This document shows positions 55,060 through 64,000 of a DNA stretch of 64,000 nt, piece by piece (position 1 is the stretch's first letter; each line of letters opens with the position of its first letter). The notes below the pieces were generated by a model. It was not told the origin of the DNA. It saw only the letters and a program-made list of their open reading frames with translations, and ran no database searches. Source of the DNA: Candidatus Latescibacterota bacterium. GTDB taxonomy: Bacteria > Latescibacterota > UBA2968 > UBA8231. The DNA is taken from contig OZ242214.1 of NCBI GenBank assembly GCA_965206595.1, positions 4,640,001 to 4,704,000 of the forward strand, written 5' to 3'. The translations under genes were made by a program, and so were the position numbers.

Positions 55060-55863
55060 ATGATCAAGGTAGCAGTCGATGGCGTCGCGGGACGGATGGG
55101 GCAGCGGTTGGCCCACTTGGTCCTCGAAAGCGACGACCTGACCCTCGTCGGGGCGAAGGAGCATCCCGATCAACCCGCCATAGGCGCCGACGTCGGCACC
55201 GTAATCGGCACTCCGGATGTCGGCGTGCAAGTGGGCTCCCGGGCCGGAGACCTGGTCGCAGCGGCCGAGGTCGTGGTGGCGTTCACGGCACCCGAGGCGA
55301 CCGTCGAGACCGCGGCGGCCTGTGGAGAGCATGGTACCCCCCTGGTAGCCGGCACAACGGGCATGTCGGATTCCCAGCTGGCCGAATTCAGGAGCGCCGT
55401 AACCCCGATTCCTTGTGTATTCGCCCCCAATTTTTCTACCGCCATGAACGTGCTGTTCCGGCTCGTCGAGGAAGCGGCGCGCATTCTCGGCGACGACTAT
55501 GACGTCGAGGTCGTCGAGGCTCACCACCGCTACAAGGCGGATGCACCAAGCGGCTCCGCCCTGCGCCTTGGGGAGCGCGCCGCGGCAGGCCTGAACCGCT
55601 CGCTCGACGAGGTGGCAGTCCACGGCCGCCGGGGGGCGGTCGGAGAGCGCACCCGCAGTGAGATCGGTGTGCACGCCGTACGTCTCGGCGATCTCGCCGG
55701 CGACCACTCGGTCTACTTCGGCGCACCGGGGGAGTACCTCGAACTCAGGCACCACGCCACCAGCCGCGATTCCTTCGCGCTGGGGGCTCTGAGGGCCGTG
55801 CGCTTCGCGGCCTCGGCACCGGCCGGACTGTACGATATGGGGGATGTGCTGGGCTTGAAGTAA
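55060..55863 (+). CDS. dapB: 4-hydroxy-tetrahydrodipicolinate reductase
   Basis: GRMG, GTTG, EAHHRYKADAPSGSA. Confidence 0.95.
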   Translation: MIKVAVDGVAGRMGQRLAHLVLESDDLTLVGAKEHPDQPAIGADVGTVIGTPDVGVQVGSRAGDLVAAAEVVVAFTAPEATVETAAACGEHGTPLVAGTTGMSDSQLAEFRSAVTPIPCVFAPNFSTAMNVLFRLVEEAARILGDDYDVEVVEAHHRYKADAPSGSALRLGERAAAGLNRSLDEVAVHGRRGAVGERTRSEIGVHAVRLGDLAGDHSVYFGAPGEYLELRHHATSRDSFALGALRAVRFAASAPAGLYDMGDVLGLK

Positions 55864-55877
55864 CCCGGCCCGGAAGA

Positions 55878-56657
55878 TCAGGTCAGGCTGGAGCGCTCGG
55901 GGCTCGGGCCCTTGAGAAAGGGTCGCATGGTGCGCAGCTTGTCCCGCAGGCGGGCGGCCTCTTCGAAGTTTTCCGCCTCTACCGCTACGTTGAGATCCCT
56001 TTCGAGCTGTTCTCGATGCGAGAGCGGCCGCTCCTTTTCCAGCTCTTCGTGCCAGTCGCGGAGGAAGGAGAGTTCGGGGAAGTCCTCTTCGAGTGTCTCG
56101 CCCTCCCACTCGGCGATGAAACCCTCGATGCGCTCGATTCCGCGCTCGACTTCGCGCAGGGCGGAGCGGTAATCCTCTCTGTCGAGGGCCAGCATCGCCT
56201 TGGCCCTCGCCTGCATCATGATGGCGTGCGGGTAATACTGCTCGAAGTACCACTTGACCTCGTCGCTTGCTGCCCGCTGTTGGACAAGGTCGAAGATATC
56301 GAGGTTGTGCCCGGTGTCTTCGACTACCCCGGCATAATCTTCGAGGTAGAAGAGACTGAGATAGCGCTGGTAGTACTGCCACGCCTCCTGGAACAGTTCT
56401 TCGCAAGCCTCGTCATCCAACTCCGGATTGCCTGCTCCGGCCTCTTTGCCGGACCCGTTCCCGTAATGCTCGAGAAGGGAGACCGAGCCGAAAGGCCGTT
56501 GGCCGTCTGGACGTCCTGCTACTTCGAGCTGAAGCATGCCCATGTCGATCCGGATCTGGATCTTTTCGGAGCCGTCTCTGGCGATAATCCTGCGCGCGAT
56601 GAACTCATCGGGGTCAAAGGGCCAACTGTTCAACAGGTCACCGATGTCGTATTTCAT
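55878..56657 (-). CDS. Conserved protein with C-terminal UvrB/UvrC motif
   Basis: QIRIDMGMLQLEVAGRPDGQRP, QYYQRYL, AVEAENFEEAARLRD. Confidence 0.82.
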   Translation of the reverse strand: MKYDIGDLLNSWPFDPDEFIARRIIARDGSEKIQIRIDMGMLQLEVAGRPDGQRPFGSVSLLEHYGNGSGKEAGAGNPELDDEACEELFQEAWQYYQRYLSLFYLEDYAGVVEDTGHNLDIFDLVQQRAASDEVKWYFEQYYPHAIMMQARAKAMLALDREDYRSALREVERGIERIEGFIAEWEGETLEEDFPELSFLRDWHEELEKERPLSHREQLERDLNVAVEAENFEEAARLRDKLRTMRPFLKGPSPERSSLT

Positions 56658-56834
56658 CTCTGTTCTGACCTTCGCGCCTTGCGTGGATTTTCGCCACACA
56701 CAGTGGCTGGAAAAATTTCAGCTGAATATAGCGTACGCTCCGGTGCCACGCTACGATGCAGTCCCTCGATTTCCCCGGGGGACTTTCTCGAAATAGCGTC
56801 TGCAAAAGGTGGGCGTGGACAGTTATTACCCGGC

Positions 56835-56863
56835 TTTCTAACGCGGAAAGATCCCTCTATAAT
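56835..56863 (+). promoter_or_regulatory. Possible sigma70 promoter of the Gfo/Idh/MocA gene
   Basis: TTTCTA-17 nt-TATAAT; perfect -10, weak -35. Confidence 0.4.
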
Positions 56864-56919
56864 AAGTCGCCGACGCAGCGCCGCTGCCGTGGGAATTTCG
56901 TCTGCTCCGAGGAGATAGG

Positions 56920-57978
56920 ATGGCAAGGGAGATTGGATTCGGTGTGGTCGGCCTGGGTATGGGCCGCCACCACTGCACCGCGATCAACAGGGCTGAGGGG
57001 GCTAGGCTCGTCGCCATTTGCGATGCGGACGAGAAGCGTCTGGAAGCCGGCACCGAAGAGTATGGATGCCGGGGTTACACCGACTACGAAAGCTTCCTTG
57101 GCGACGAGGATGTCGAGGTCGTCAATATCGCCACCCCTTCCGGGTCCCACACAGAGTTGGCTATCCCGGCGGCAGGGGCCGGCAAACATCTGGTCGTCGA
57201 AAAACCGGCGGACATCACCATCGAGCGGGTCGACGCGATGATTGCCGCCTGCGCGGCGAACGGCGTCAAGGCCGCCGGGATTTTCCAGGCCCGTTTCAAC
57301 GCCCTGAACATCCGCATACGGGAAGCGGTAGCCGCAGGCCGACTCGGCAGGCTGATCGGCGTGCACGGACACCTGCCATGGTACCGCACCGGGGAGTACT
57401 ACGGAGGAGCCCACGGCTCGTGGAAGGGCACCTGGAGGATGGACGGAGGGGGGTCCCTGATGAACCAGGGGGTCCACACCGTCGACCTGCTGCAGTGGTT
57501 TGCCGGAAAGGTCGAAAGCGTGTTCGGGCGGTTCGGCATCTTCGCCCACGATATCGAAGCCGAAGACCAGGTAGCCGCGGTGCTCCGTTTCGCCAACGGC
57601 GCCCTGGGAACCCTCTACACGACGACCTGCTGCTACCCCGGATACGATCAGCGGATCACCCTCTACGGCGACCGGGGTTCGATCATCAAGGAGGAGGGAA
57701 CGCTGGTGAGCTGGAAGATCGCCGACGACCCCGACGGTGCTGAAGAAGCCGAGCTTCTCGGACGGTTCGGAGCCGATGCCGGCAAGGGCAGCGGGGCGGC
57801 GGATCCGATGGCGGCCAGCTTCGATGGCCACACGGAGATCGTGGCCGACATGGTCGCGGCGATCCGCCAGGACCGCTCTCCTGCGATCTCCCTGGCCAGC
57901 GCCCGCCACGCCGTGGAAGTCATCAACGCCGTTTACGACTCGGGCCGCGCCGGAGCGCCGGTCACGTTGGGAGACTAG
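56920..57978 (+). CDS. Gfo/Idh/MocA oxidoreductase
   Basis: VVGLGMG, TPSGSH, VEKP, GGGSLMNQGVHTVD. Confidence 0.92.
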   Translation: MAREIGFGVVGLGMGRHHCTAINRAEGARLVAICDADEKRLEAGTEEYGCRGYTDYESFLGDEDVEVVNIATPSGSHTELAIPAAGAGKHLVVEKPADITIERVDAMIAACAANGVKAAGIFQARFNALNIRIREAVAAGRLGRLIGVHGHLPWYRTGEYYGGAHGSWKGTWRMDGGGSLMNQGVHTVDLLQWFAGKVESVFGRFGIFAHDIEAEDQVAAVLRFANGALGTLYTTTCCYPGYDQRITLYGDRGSIIKEEGTLVSWKIADDPDGAEEAELLGRFGADAGKGSGAADPMAASFDGHTEIVADMVAAIRQDRSPAISLASARHAVEVINAVYDSGRAGAPVTLGD

Positions 57979-59141
57979 TGTGGCGTCCGAGAAATGGGTT
58001 GCATTAACTGATTTCCCCCGTATTATCTTTCCGGTATGGCCCGACCCATCTCCAAAGTGGACCTTACCGAACCGGAAAGACAAGCGCTGGAAGGCCGCGT
58101 CAAAGCGTCGACCGCGTCGCCGCGCGATAGCCTGCGCGCGGCGATTATCTTGCGTCGCGCCGAAGGGATCAAACAGGCGCAGGTGGCCCGGGAGCTTGGG
58201 GTCAGCGTGGCGTGTGTGAACAAGTGGTCGCAACGCTTCGAACGCGACGGTTTGGACGGGTTGCAGGATGCGAAGGGGCGCGGGCGACCGCCCTCTCTTC
58301 CCTCCGATAAGGTCGAGCAGGTCATCACCGCTGCGACGCAGCCGCCGAAACCGCGTACGCGGTGGACGGTTCGCACCATGGATCAAGCCGTGGGGATGTC
58401 GCCGGACAGCGTGCACCGCATCTGGAAGGCCAACGACATCAAGCCCCATTTGACCAAGACCTTCAAGGTGTCCAATGACAAGCGCTTTGAAGAGAAGTTT
58501 TGGGATGTGATCGGACTGTATCTCGATCCCCCCGAAAAGGCCCTGGTCCTGTGTTGTGACGAGAAGTGCCCGTGTCAGGCGTTGGAGCGCAGTCAGCCGG
58601 GCTTGCCTTTGGGCGTGGGGGAGCTTCGCACCAGGACGCACGACTACAAACGCCACGGGACGATCACCCTGTTTGCCGCGTTGAACTACCTGGACGGCAA
58701 GCTCATCGCGCGCACCGAGGAGCAGCACACCCACGTGGAGTGGCTGCGTTTCCTGAAACAGATCGACCGAGAAACCCCGAAGGAGTTGGATCTGCACCTG
58801 ATCGTCGACAACTACAGCACGCACAAAGAAGACAGGGTCAAACAGGGGCTGTCTCGGCACCGGCGCTTTCACCTCCATTTCACCCCGACCGGTTCGTCCT
58901 GGTTAAACCTGATCGAACGCTTCTTCGGCGAACTGACGCAAGACGTGATCCGCGATGGCAGCTTCTCCAGCGTCAAAGCGCTGGTGAAAGACATCGAAAG
59001 CTATCTGGCCGAGAGGAACCGGAACCCCAAGCCCTACAAGTGGAAGGCGCGAGGCGAGGACATCCTGCGCAAGATCCAACGCGCCCGGCAGGCGCTGGAA
59101 GCCGAGCGGGGTTAATTCCTTCCATTTAACGGACACTACAC
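57978..59141 (+). mobile_element. IS630-family insertion sequence (1164 bp) with TA target duplication
   Basis: Left end GTGTGGCGTCCGAGAAATGG and right end reverse complement GTGTAGTGTCCGTTAAATGG match at 16/20; TA at 57976-57977 and 59142-59143 (CTAG target). Confidence 0.93.
58036..59115 (+). CDS. IS630 transposase
   Basis: N-terminal HTH, DDE triad CCDEK / IVDNYSTHK / SSWLNLIERFF, HDYKRHGT. Confidence 0.95.
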   Translation: MARPISKVDLTEPERQALEGRVKASTASPRDSLRAAIILRRAEGIKQAQVARELGVSVACVNKWSQRFERDGLDGLQDAKGRGRPPSLPSDKVEQVITAATQPPKPRTRWTVRTMDQAVGMSPDSVHRIWKANDIKPHLTKTFKVSNDKRFEEKFWDVIGLYLDPPEKALVLCCDEKCPCQALERSQPGLPLGVGELRTRTHDYKRHGTITLFAALNYLDGKLIARTEEQHTHVEWLRFLKQIDRETPKELDLHLIVDNYSTHKEDRVKQGLSRHRRFHLHFTPTGSSWLNLIERFFGELTQDVIRDGSFSSVKALVKDIESYLAERNRNPKPYKWKARGEDILRKIQRARQALEAERG

Positions 59142-59146
59142 TAGCA

Positions 59147-60070
59147 ATGGCTCATCATCAATTCACCCCCGACCACTATCACACGGCCATAGGCAGCCAT
59201 GAACCGGTTCTCGAAATCGCGCCGGGCGACAGCGTTTCGACGACGACGGTCGACGCCAGGGGAGGGGATGCGAGCGGCGCAACGGTAACCGAACGCGGAA
59301 ATCCGCAGACAGGCCCTTTCTACATTATCGGTGCGGAACCGGGGGATACTCTGGCCATCACCCTCGACGAGCTGCGGCCTAACAGACCGACAGGATTCAC
59401 CGGCCTGCGCATCGCCCCCAACGTGCTCGACCACGGCTACATTCCGCAGTTCGGCGACGGCATCGATGGCGGCACCGCACAATGGGCGGTAGACACGGAA
59501 AGGGGCACTGCGCGACTGCTGTCGCCCGAGGGGCCGTTGACGGGAATCGAGCTCGAACTCGACCCGATGATCGGCTGCTTCGGGGTGGCCCCCCCTCGCC
59601 GGCAGGCGATCTCGTGCGCAACCTCGGATACCCACGGCGGCAACATGGATTATCGGGGCTTTCGCCAGGGTGTGAAGGTCTACTTTCCCGTTGCCGTCGA
59701 GGGCGCCCTGTTCCACATAGGGGACGGCCACGCCCTGCAGGGGGACGGCGAGATCGTCGGCACGGGCATAGAGATCTCCTTCGACGTCACCTTCACTGCA
59801 GATCTCATCAAGGACAAACGGATAGGCTGGCCGCGTGCCGAGAACGACGACTACCTGATGGCGGTCGGCAATGCCCGGCCCCTCGACCAGGCACTGCAAC
59901 ACGCTACGACCGAGCTCGTCGAGTGGCTTCAGGCCGACTTCGGAATCGACCCCCGCACCGTTCACATGCTGCTCGGCCAATGTGTGGAGTACGACGTGGG
60001 GAACGTCTACGATCCGGCTTACACGATGGTGTGCAAGATCGCCAGGAAGTACGTCGAGCAGTTGTCGTAG
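59147..60070 (+). CDS. Acetamidase/formamidase family protein
   Basis: TGPFYIIGAEPGD, HGGNMD, GDGHALQGDGE. Confidence 0.9.
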   Translation: MAHHQFTPDHYHTAIGSHEPVLEIAPGDSVSTTTVDARGGDASGATVTERGNPQTGPFYIIGAEPGDTLAITLDELRPNRPTGFTGLRIAPNVLDHGYIPQFGDGIDGGTAQWAVDTERGTARLLSPEGPLTGIELELDPMIGCFGVAPPRRQAISCATSDTHGGNMDYRGFRQGVKVYFPVAVEGALFHIGDGHALQGDGEIVGTGIEISFDVTFTADLIKDKRIGWPRAENDDYLMAVGNARPLDQALQHATTELVEWLQADFGIDPRTVHMLLGQCVEYDVGNVYDPAYTMVCKIARKYVEQLS

Positions 60071-60122
60071 ATCGAGAGAAGACGGAATGACAGGCGGCGC
60101 GTCTGTCTGAACCTCCGCCGTC

Positions 60123-62207
60123 CTAGGCCGATTTCTTGCGGCCGGGGACCTCCACCACACCGCCCCGGGCGATCTCCATCAGGGAATCCTGGAAGCTGAG
60201 AGCCGGCTCGCCAGGAAGCGGCTCGAGGCGCAGGTAGGAACCATCGGACTGCAACAGCCGCGCCTTGACGCGATCGCTCAGGCAGAGTTGCAGCTCCTTG
60301 TAGAGACGGTCCTTCAGCCCCGGGTCCTCTACAGGAAAGACCACCTCGACCCGTCCCCTGAGATTGCGGTTCATCCAATCGGCGCTCCCCGCCCAGACCT
60401 CCGCGTCGCCGCCGTTGTGGAAATAGAATACGCGGCTGTGCTCGAGATAGCGCCCGATGATGCTGTACACCCGGATGTGCTCGCTGATGCCGAGCATGCC
60501 TGGGCGCAGGCAGCAGATTCCCCTGACCACCAGGTCGATCTCGACGCCGGCGATCGAAGCGGCGTAGAGCTGGCGGATGATCTCGGGGTCCACGAGTCCG
60601 TTCATCTTGGCGATGATGCGGGCAGGCCTGCCCTCGCCGGCGAACTTCGCCTCGCGCTGTATGCGCTCGACCATGCCGCTGAGAAGGGTCGTCGGCGCGA
60701 CCAGCAGCTTCTGAAACCTCTCCGTCGATCTCGCGGTCAGCAGGTTGAACACCTCGGCGACCTCGCTGTTGAGATCCTCGCGGGCCGTCAGCAGTCCGAG
60801 GTCGGTGTAGAAGCGGGCGGTCTGGTGATTGTAGTTCCCCGTTCCCATGTGGGCGTAACGCCGCAGCCGGTCCTCGTCCCGCCGCACGATCATCGACAAC
60901 TTGCAGTGCGTCTTCATGCCCAGCAGCCCGTAAACGACGTGGACCCCGCACTCTTCGAGTTGCTTGGCCCACTCGATGTTGGAGGTTTCCTCGAAGCGCG
61001 CCTTCAACTCGATCAGAGCGGTCACTTCCTTGCCCTGCTCCGCCGCCTCGATGAGGGCCTGCACCACCTTCGAGTCCTCGCCGGTCCGGTAGAGGGTCTG
61101 CTTGATAGCCAGTACCCGGGGATCGGAGACCGCCATGCCGATGAAATCGATGACGGTGTTGAAGGAATCGTAGGGATGGTGGAGGAGGATGTCGCGAGAA
61201 CGCAGCGTCTCGAAGAACTGGTCGGGATCCCTGGGCAGGTTGAGCTCCACCGGTGTGTAGGGGGGAAACTTCAGGTCCGCCCGGTTGACGACGTCGTAGA
61301 TGGTGACGACGCGGTTGAGATTCACCGGCCCGTCGGCGAAGTAGACCTGGTCTTTGTCGAGCCCGAACTGCCTCCTGAGAAAAGTCACCAGGCGCTCCGG
61401 GGCGCCGGCTTCGATCTCCAGGCGGACCGGATCCCCCTTGCGGCGGTTTTCCAGCGATTCGGCGATCTCCTCGAGCAGGTTGTCCGCTTCTTCTTCGTTG
61501 ACGTAGAGCTCGCTGTTGCGGGTGACGCGAAACGCCGCCCACCCGGTCATCTCGTACCCCTCGAAGAGCTCGTTGAGGTGGTGGGCGACGATGCCGGCAA
61601 GGGTCACGAGGTGCACGGAGTCGCGATCGGTGTCGGGGAGCCGGAGAATCCTCGGCAGAACCCGGGGAACGGTGACGACGCCGATGGCGGTGGTGCCGTT
61701 CGACTCCAACAGCACCCCGTGGCAGAGAGCCTTGTTGAGGACCCGGGGAAAAGGATGAGCCGGGTCGATCGCTATCGGGGTGAGGATTGGTTCAAGCTCT
61801 TCCTTCCAGTAGCGCTGGATGAAGGCGCGCTGCTCGCCGGTCAGGTGGTTGACTTCCCGCAGGTGGATCCCCTCCTCGGACAGCGCCGGAAGCAACTCGT
61901 CGTTCCAACAGGCGTAGTGGGAGCGGACCAGCTTGTGCGCCTTGGCGGAGATCGCCTGGATCTGTTCGTCGGGGTTGAGTCCGTCGGCTCCACTGACGGC
62001 TGCCCCGCTGTCGCGAAGCTGCAGGAGGCCGGCGACCCGTACTTCGAAAAACTCGTCGAGGATATCGGCGACGATCCCCAGAAAGCGCACGCGCTCCAGC
62101 AGGGGGTTGCGCCGGTCGCGCGCTTCTTCGAAGACCCGGCGGTTGAAATCGAGCCAGGAGAGCTCGCGGTTGATGTAGTATTCGGGGCGTCGCAGGTCGG
62201 TCGCCAC
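60123..62207 (-). CDS. ppk1: Polyphosphate kinase 1
   Basis: NRELSWLDFNRRV, HPFP, LLHHPYDSF, ELKARFEE, GTGNYN, RYLEHSR, GSADWMNRN. Confidence 0.97.
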   Translation of the reverse strand: MATDLRRPEYYINRELSWLDFNRRVFEEARDRRNPLLERVRFLGIVADILDEFFEVRVAGLLQLRDSGAAVSGADGLNPDEQIQAISAKAHKLVRSHYACWNDELLPALSEEGIHLREVNHLTGEQRAFIQRYWKEELEPILTPIAIDPAHPFPRVLNKALCHGVLLESNGTTAIGVVTVPRVLPRILRLPDTDRDSVHLVTLAGIVAHHLNELFEGYEMTGWAAFRVTRNSELYVNEEEADNLLEEIAESLENRRKGDPVRLEIEAGAPERLVTFLRRQFGLDKDQVYFADGPVNLNRVVTIYDVVNRADLKFPPYTPVELNLPRDPDQFFETLRSRDILLHHPYDSFNTVIDFIGMAVSDPRVLAIKQTLYRTGEDSKVVQALIEAAEQGKEVTALIELKARFEETSNIEWAKQLEECGVHVVYGLLGMKTHCKLSMIVRRDEDRLRRYAHMGTGNYNHQTARFYTDLGLLTAREDLNSEVAEVFNLLTARSTERFQKLLVAPTTLLSGMVERIQREAKFAGEGRPARIIAKMNGLVDPEIIRQLYAASIAGVEIDLVVRGICCLRPGMLGISEHIRVYSIIGRYLEHSRVFYFHNGGDAEVWAGSADWMNRNLRGRVEVVFPVEDPGLKDRLYKELQLCLSDRVKARLLQSDGSYLRLEPLPGEPALSFQDSLMEIARGGVVEVPGRKKSA

Positions 62208-62305
62208 GCGGATCTCCCGTCAGGGGCGAAGGTTGTGCGAAAACTTACGCTGAAACCTGAACTTACCGTGAATATTGAAGTTATGCATTCTTTTGCCGGA
62301 TCAAG

Positions 62306-63171
62306 TCAAATCGCGCTCCCCGGGGAAGTGTCCCTCCCCCAGACCTTGAGTACGAAGTCGCGGTCGCGGCTCGCATTGCCGAGGACCTCGCGCAGATCGA
62401 GGGGGGCGTCTCCGGGAGGAGCGATGCCCGCAGGGAACTCGAGGCAGGCGATGCCGTCGAAGGCGGCATCTCGGACGTGCGCGAGGAAGCGGCGGTAGTC
62501 GATCCAGGTGCCTTTCTCGAGGAGGCAGAAGTCGCGGTCCCTTCGATTCTGCAGGTGCAGGTGGCGGATGCGGCTGTGAAGGCGGTCGAAGGCGAAGACC
62601 GCCGCCTCCGTGTCGTCCCCGGTGAACGGCTGAAAACAGACGCCGGCGTTGTCGTAGGAACCACCTAGTTCCTCCAACAACCGGCAGGTGGCGTCGAGAG
62701 TGTCGCATAAAGTGCCGCCGTGGGTCTCCCCAGGGTGAGGGCGATTCCGCGTTCCCCCAGGCAGTCGGCGAGCCGCCTGATGCGCTCGAGCGACAACCGG
62801 GGCACCACGGCATCGGCGTCGGCGCTGGCGACGCGGCCGGGGAAGATCTTGAAGGTCGTGCAGCCGAGCAGGGCGGCGTAATCCGTCGCGGTAGCGAGCA
62901 GCCGCTGCTCGGCCTGCGCTTCGCTCCCGGAAAGATGCAGCCGCGGGTAGGCCCCGGCGGCAGAAGCGCGCATTCCGAGGTCCCGCATTCTTCCCGCCAG
63001 GTCTTCCACGTCGGAGCGGCTCAGACCGGAGATGTGGTACTGCCAGATCTCCAGGTCGCGGAAGCCCGCCCGGCGAATCGGCTCGAGCAGGGCTTCGAGG
63101 GGCAGCGTCAGTCTGCCGGGGGCCGTCCACCGGTTCGGCTCCAGCATGATTGTGTTGAAAAGGAGCTGCAC
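62306..63171 (-). pseudogene. Frameshifted sugar-phosphate isomerase/epimerase (xylose isomerase-like TIM barrel)
   Basis: N-terminal half (GFRDLEIWQYH...RGIALTL) and C-terminal half (ETHGGTL...HLHLQN...CLEF) lie in different frames, joining at a G4 run (62728-62731). Confidence 0.75.
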
Positions 63172-63284
63172 CTCGGTCTTCCTATGGTCGAAGGAGACTG
63201 TGCGAGCCCGGGCACCTTCGGAATCGACCCGCGCCCCGAGTTGGTGAACCCGTTGAGACCCGGAGGGTCGTCCCTCTGTATGCC

Positions 63285-64000
63285 TCAGACGAACGTGGCA
63301 CCGAGTTTTACATTCGCTCCGGGGTCGGTGGCGATCTTCGGGTACTCTTCGGCGAGGTCGTCGAAGGGAACGACAGGTTGCACGACCGCCTCGGTTTCGA
63401 TTCCCCCGGAGGCCAGCCGCCGCCAGGCCTCGCCGATCAGGCGCTCGTGGTTCCAGTTGGGATGGTCGGGATTCGGGTCGCTGTTGGAGCGGCTGAACAG
63501 GAGCCGGGGCCGGTTCATGTGCGCTTCGGCACCGAGGTCGAGACCAGCTGCATAGGGACCCGGGAAAGCGCCGGCGACCACCGTGCCGTTGTAGGCGACG
63601 CTGCGCAGCGCGCCCTGCAGACCGGAGTGATGGCCGCTGTAGTCGATGCAGACATCGGCGCCGCGCTGTCCGGTAAGCTTCCTGATTTCGAGACCGGGAT
63701 CGCAGGCGGCCGGGTCGAGGGCGACGTCGGCCCCGCAGGTGCGGGCGACCGAACGCCGCAGCTCGAGGGGGTCGACGGCGATGACCGGATGAGCCCCTGC
63801 GAGAAGGGCGAACTGCACGACCATCAGGCCGATCGCCCCCAGTCCGAATACGGCAACGGCGTCGCCTATGCGGACGTGGCCGTCGCGCACGGCACCCAGT
63901 GCGAAATCGGCCGGGTCGAGGCAGACCGCAGCCTGCCAGGGCAGGCCGTCGGGAAGCCGCCGAACCGTCTCCGGCCAGCAGTGCTCCTCGCGGAACGGCG
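63285..64000 (-). CDS. Zinc-binding/medium-chain dehydrogenase (N-terminus beyond the window)
   Basis: AVCLDPADFALGAVRD, VFGLGAIG, GADVCIDYSG. Confidence 0.85.
   Translation of the reverse strand, partial: PFREEHCWPETVRRLPDGLPWQAAVCLDPADFALGAVRDGHVRIGDAVAVFGLGAIGLMVVQFALLAGAHPVIAVDPLELRRSVARTCGADVALDPAACDPGLEIRKLTGQRGADVCIDYSGHHSGLQGALRSVAYNGTVVAGAFPGPYAAGLDLGAEAHMNRPRLLFSRSNSDPNPDHPNWNHERLIGEAWRRLASGGIETEAVVQPVVPFDDLAEEYPKIATDPGANVKLGATFV

Overview
GC-rich bacterial chromosomal window, mostly housekeeping genes. A diderm envelope (Lpt genes) and an FCB-type ATP synthase c subunit suggest an FCB-superphylum organism; this is inference only. In order: aceF (partial) and aceE; a DUF4159-like membrane protein; an AgcS symporter; a biotin operon (fabF-like, bioB, bioA, bioF, bioD); a 15 kb co-directional energy cluster (nqrABCDEF, nqrM, atpZIBEFHAGDC, polyprenyl synthase); an ECF sigma factor; a SEC-C protein, rmlC and a PRTase; smc; gatC, pyrG, a long LptC/LptA-like gene, lptB and rpoN; a split TPP-dependent decarboxylase pair and birA; fabI; a GHMP kinase; a sigma54 two-component pair; an AICAR transformylase; dapA and dapB; one IS630 element; ppk1; and a frameshifted TIM-barrel gene. 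No rRNA, tRNA or CRISPR array was seen. The strongest candidates for new biology are four. (1) The biotin operon lacks bioC/H/W/Z/I but is led by a FabF paralogue with polar acyl-pocket substitutions, a possible alternative route to the pimeloyl precursor. (2) That operon has a ~230-nt nested RNA leader whose G-U pairs favour the mRNA strand, while the BirA HTH looks degenerate, making it a candidate biotin-pathway riboswitch. (3) A tandem pair of NrdR-like boxes sits inside the ATP synthase operon just before atpA. (4) A sigma54 promoter precedes the ECF sigma gene, and an inverted sigma54 site abuts the rpoN promoter. All calls come from reading motifs by eye; no database search or folding program was run.
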